A stretch of DNA of 64,000 nucleotides from Eremomyces bilateralis CBS 781.70 (taxonomy: Eukaryota), in NCBI GenBank assembly GCA_010015585.1, contig ML975150.1; one strand, 5' to 3'. Made by a program: the position numbers and the translations under genes. Shown in pieces: positions 62,560-64,000 of the stretch. Numbering within the stretch: the stretch's first letter is position 1; each line of letters opens with the position of its first letter. Below the pieces are notes generated by a model. The model searched no databases. It had not been told where the DNA came from and was given only the letters and a program-made list of their open reading frames with translations.

Positions 62560-64000
62560 TCAAGATCCCAAAGCCACCCAACTCGCCCAACACTCCTTCA
62601 ACCTACCTCCACCCCATGACCCTAACCTACAGATAAATCCTTCGGTATCTACCCACTGGACCTCAACGCGCACCCGGAGATCCCCATCCCTATCGGCGTC
62701 GAAGCCGCTCAGGGCGGCCAAAACCGTGGGCGGCTTCGTGAACCACCCGTCTTTGAAATCGACCCGCACGAGCTGGTCATACTCGTCATCCTCCTGCTCA
62801 TCCAGGCCGAATGTGGCCTCAATCACGCCTGAATCGACACACTTCTTGCCGTGAGGGTAGCCGATCCAGCACATCGAAGCGCCGACCGGAGATTCATCAT
62901 CAAAACTCGGATTGTGGTCCATACCTCCTCTATCAGTCCGGTCATCGAGACCCGAAGCATCCAGCACCGCGCGAAAATGCGACGACTCCACCCCCTCCAC
63001 CTTCGCAAACAACCGCCGCGGCCTCCGTTCCGACCTCCTACGCGCCGGGAAGTTCACCCGGTTAAGCCAGCAGATAATCTCCGGCGGCCGACCTTCCGGC
63101 TGCGGAAACGGCAGCTTCACCCACTTCTCATACACGTTCCTTCGCGGCTGGCGCAGCCGTGGTTCCCGCGGACTGAGTGGACTGCCGTCCAGGGAGTTCA
63201 TGCCCGTAGCGGTCGAATCGCTCACGGTGAGATCGCTCAAGGTCGTGCTCAGTGTCGACGGTGCTGTGGACGAAGTCGAGATCGAGCTCGCCATTGTCGT
63301 GCTGGTCTCCATGCGTGTAGGAGCGGCTCGTGAATTCGGCAGAGGCGTGGTTGGACGGCTCTCGGTCGACTGATCGGCCCACCCGCGCTCCACCACCCTT
63401 TTCGGGGCCGGCTGCCCACAAGTGGGACATCGCTCCGTATGCTCTCGTCCGGCGACAGGTCGCACCGACGGACTCACCGGAGTCCGTGGCGGCGTCAACA
63501 ACTGTCTCCCCTCTCCATGGGAGACCAATGCCTGATTCCCAGTATTCTTCTCACCCCTCCGTCGCCAGCGGCGCTTCTTCACCTGCCGCGAGTCGAATTG
63601 CCCAAACCAGCATTGCTTCGCGCCATCTTTATGCTCAATCCACGTCCCCGCTGCAGCGTACATGGCACCCCGACCCCACGTCTCGGCCGTCAGGCGCATG
63701 CTCGCGGCGGTGATCTCAGAGCCCACGAGGTTGGCGCGCAGCGGGAGGGAGGCATCGTTAGCGGTGGAGGGAGTTTGAGGGGAGTCCTCGAGGCTGGTCG
63801 ATGGCGAGGGTGGGTAGGCGGCGAGGTTCAGCATGCTGAAGCCGGCGGCGATCTTGGGCGGGCGATTGTAGTGGCATGTGGGGAATAGGATCGTTCGCGA
63901 TGTGGAGCGGATAGGGAGGGTGGCGGGTCGGACGGAGATGGTTGTGAAGTGGCCGGTTGAGGGCTGCGGGTCCGGGTGGTGGAGGGAAGTTGGGGTGGAT
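62560..64000 (-). CDS. H-type lectin domain protein, 5'-truncated by the window edge
   Basis: Frame stays open to 64000 (STGHFTTISVRP...SRTILFP...YNRPPKIAAGFSMLNL). C-terminal VDFKDGWFTKPPTVLAALSGFD...LRVRVEVQWVDTEGFICRLGSWGG is H-lectin-like. Confidence 0.75.
   Translation of the reverse strand, partial: STPTSLHHPDPQPSTGHFTTISVRPATLPIRSTSRTILFPTCHYNRPPKIAAGFSMLNLAAYPPSPSTSLEDSPQTPSTANDASLPLRANLVGSEITAASMRLTAETWGRGAMYAAAGTWIEHKDGAKQCWFGQFDSRQVKKRRWRRRGEKNTGNQALVSHGEGRQLLTPPRTPVSPSVRPVAGREHTERCPTCGQPAPKRVVERGWADQSTESRPTTPLPNSRAAPTRMETSTTMASSISTSSTAPSTLSTTLSDLTVSDSTATGMNSLDGSPLSPREPRLRQPRRNVYEKWVKLPFPQPEGRPPEIICWLNRVNFPARRRSERRPRRLFAKVEGVESSHFRAVLDASGLDDRTDRGGMDHNPSFDDESPVGASMCWIGYPHGKKCVDSGVIEATFGLDEQEDDEYDQLVRVDFKDGWFTKPPTVLAALSGFDADRDGDLRVRVEVQWVDTEGFICRLGSWGGGRLKECWASWVALGS

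Overview
Gene-dense 64 kb of a filamentous ascomycete (Pezizomycotina) chromosome with short GT-AG introns and CTRAY branch sites. About 21 protein-coding genes can be reconstructed by hand-splicing, mostly housekeeping: CAP20/perilipin, a PCI-domain Csn12/Thp1-like gene, LCP5, RPL42/eL42, a DOPA 4,5-dioxygenase family gene, an F-box gene, FCP1, the galactofuranose pair glfB/ugtA + glfA/ugmA, NASP/Sim3, DPB2, a PQ-loop protein, BFR1, an FMO-like monooxygenase, a subtilisin, a dual-specificity phosphatase, glutaminase GtaA, an H-lectin-domain protein cut by the window edge, and several hypothetical proteins. There is one clear pseudogene (DUF7924-like). I found no tRNA, rRNA, intact transposon, CRISPR array or secondary-metabolite cluster, and no multi-gene novel system that I can support. 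The best leads are small-scale: a putative NuSAP-like mitotic protein with clustered forkhead motifs and a hairpin around its ATG, an 18-nt exon that starts with a perfect splice donor, a 6-nt microexon, a GC-AG intron with a branch-site-like tandem repeat, a 187-aa in-frame extension on the PCI protein, and an MCB-rich bidirectional promoter. All family calls are from recalled motifs, not database searches.
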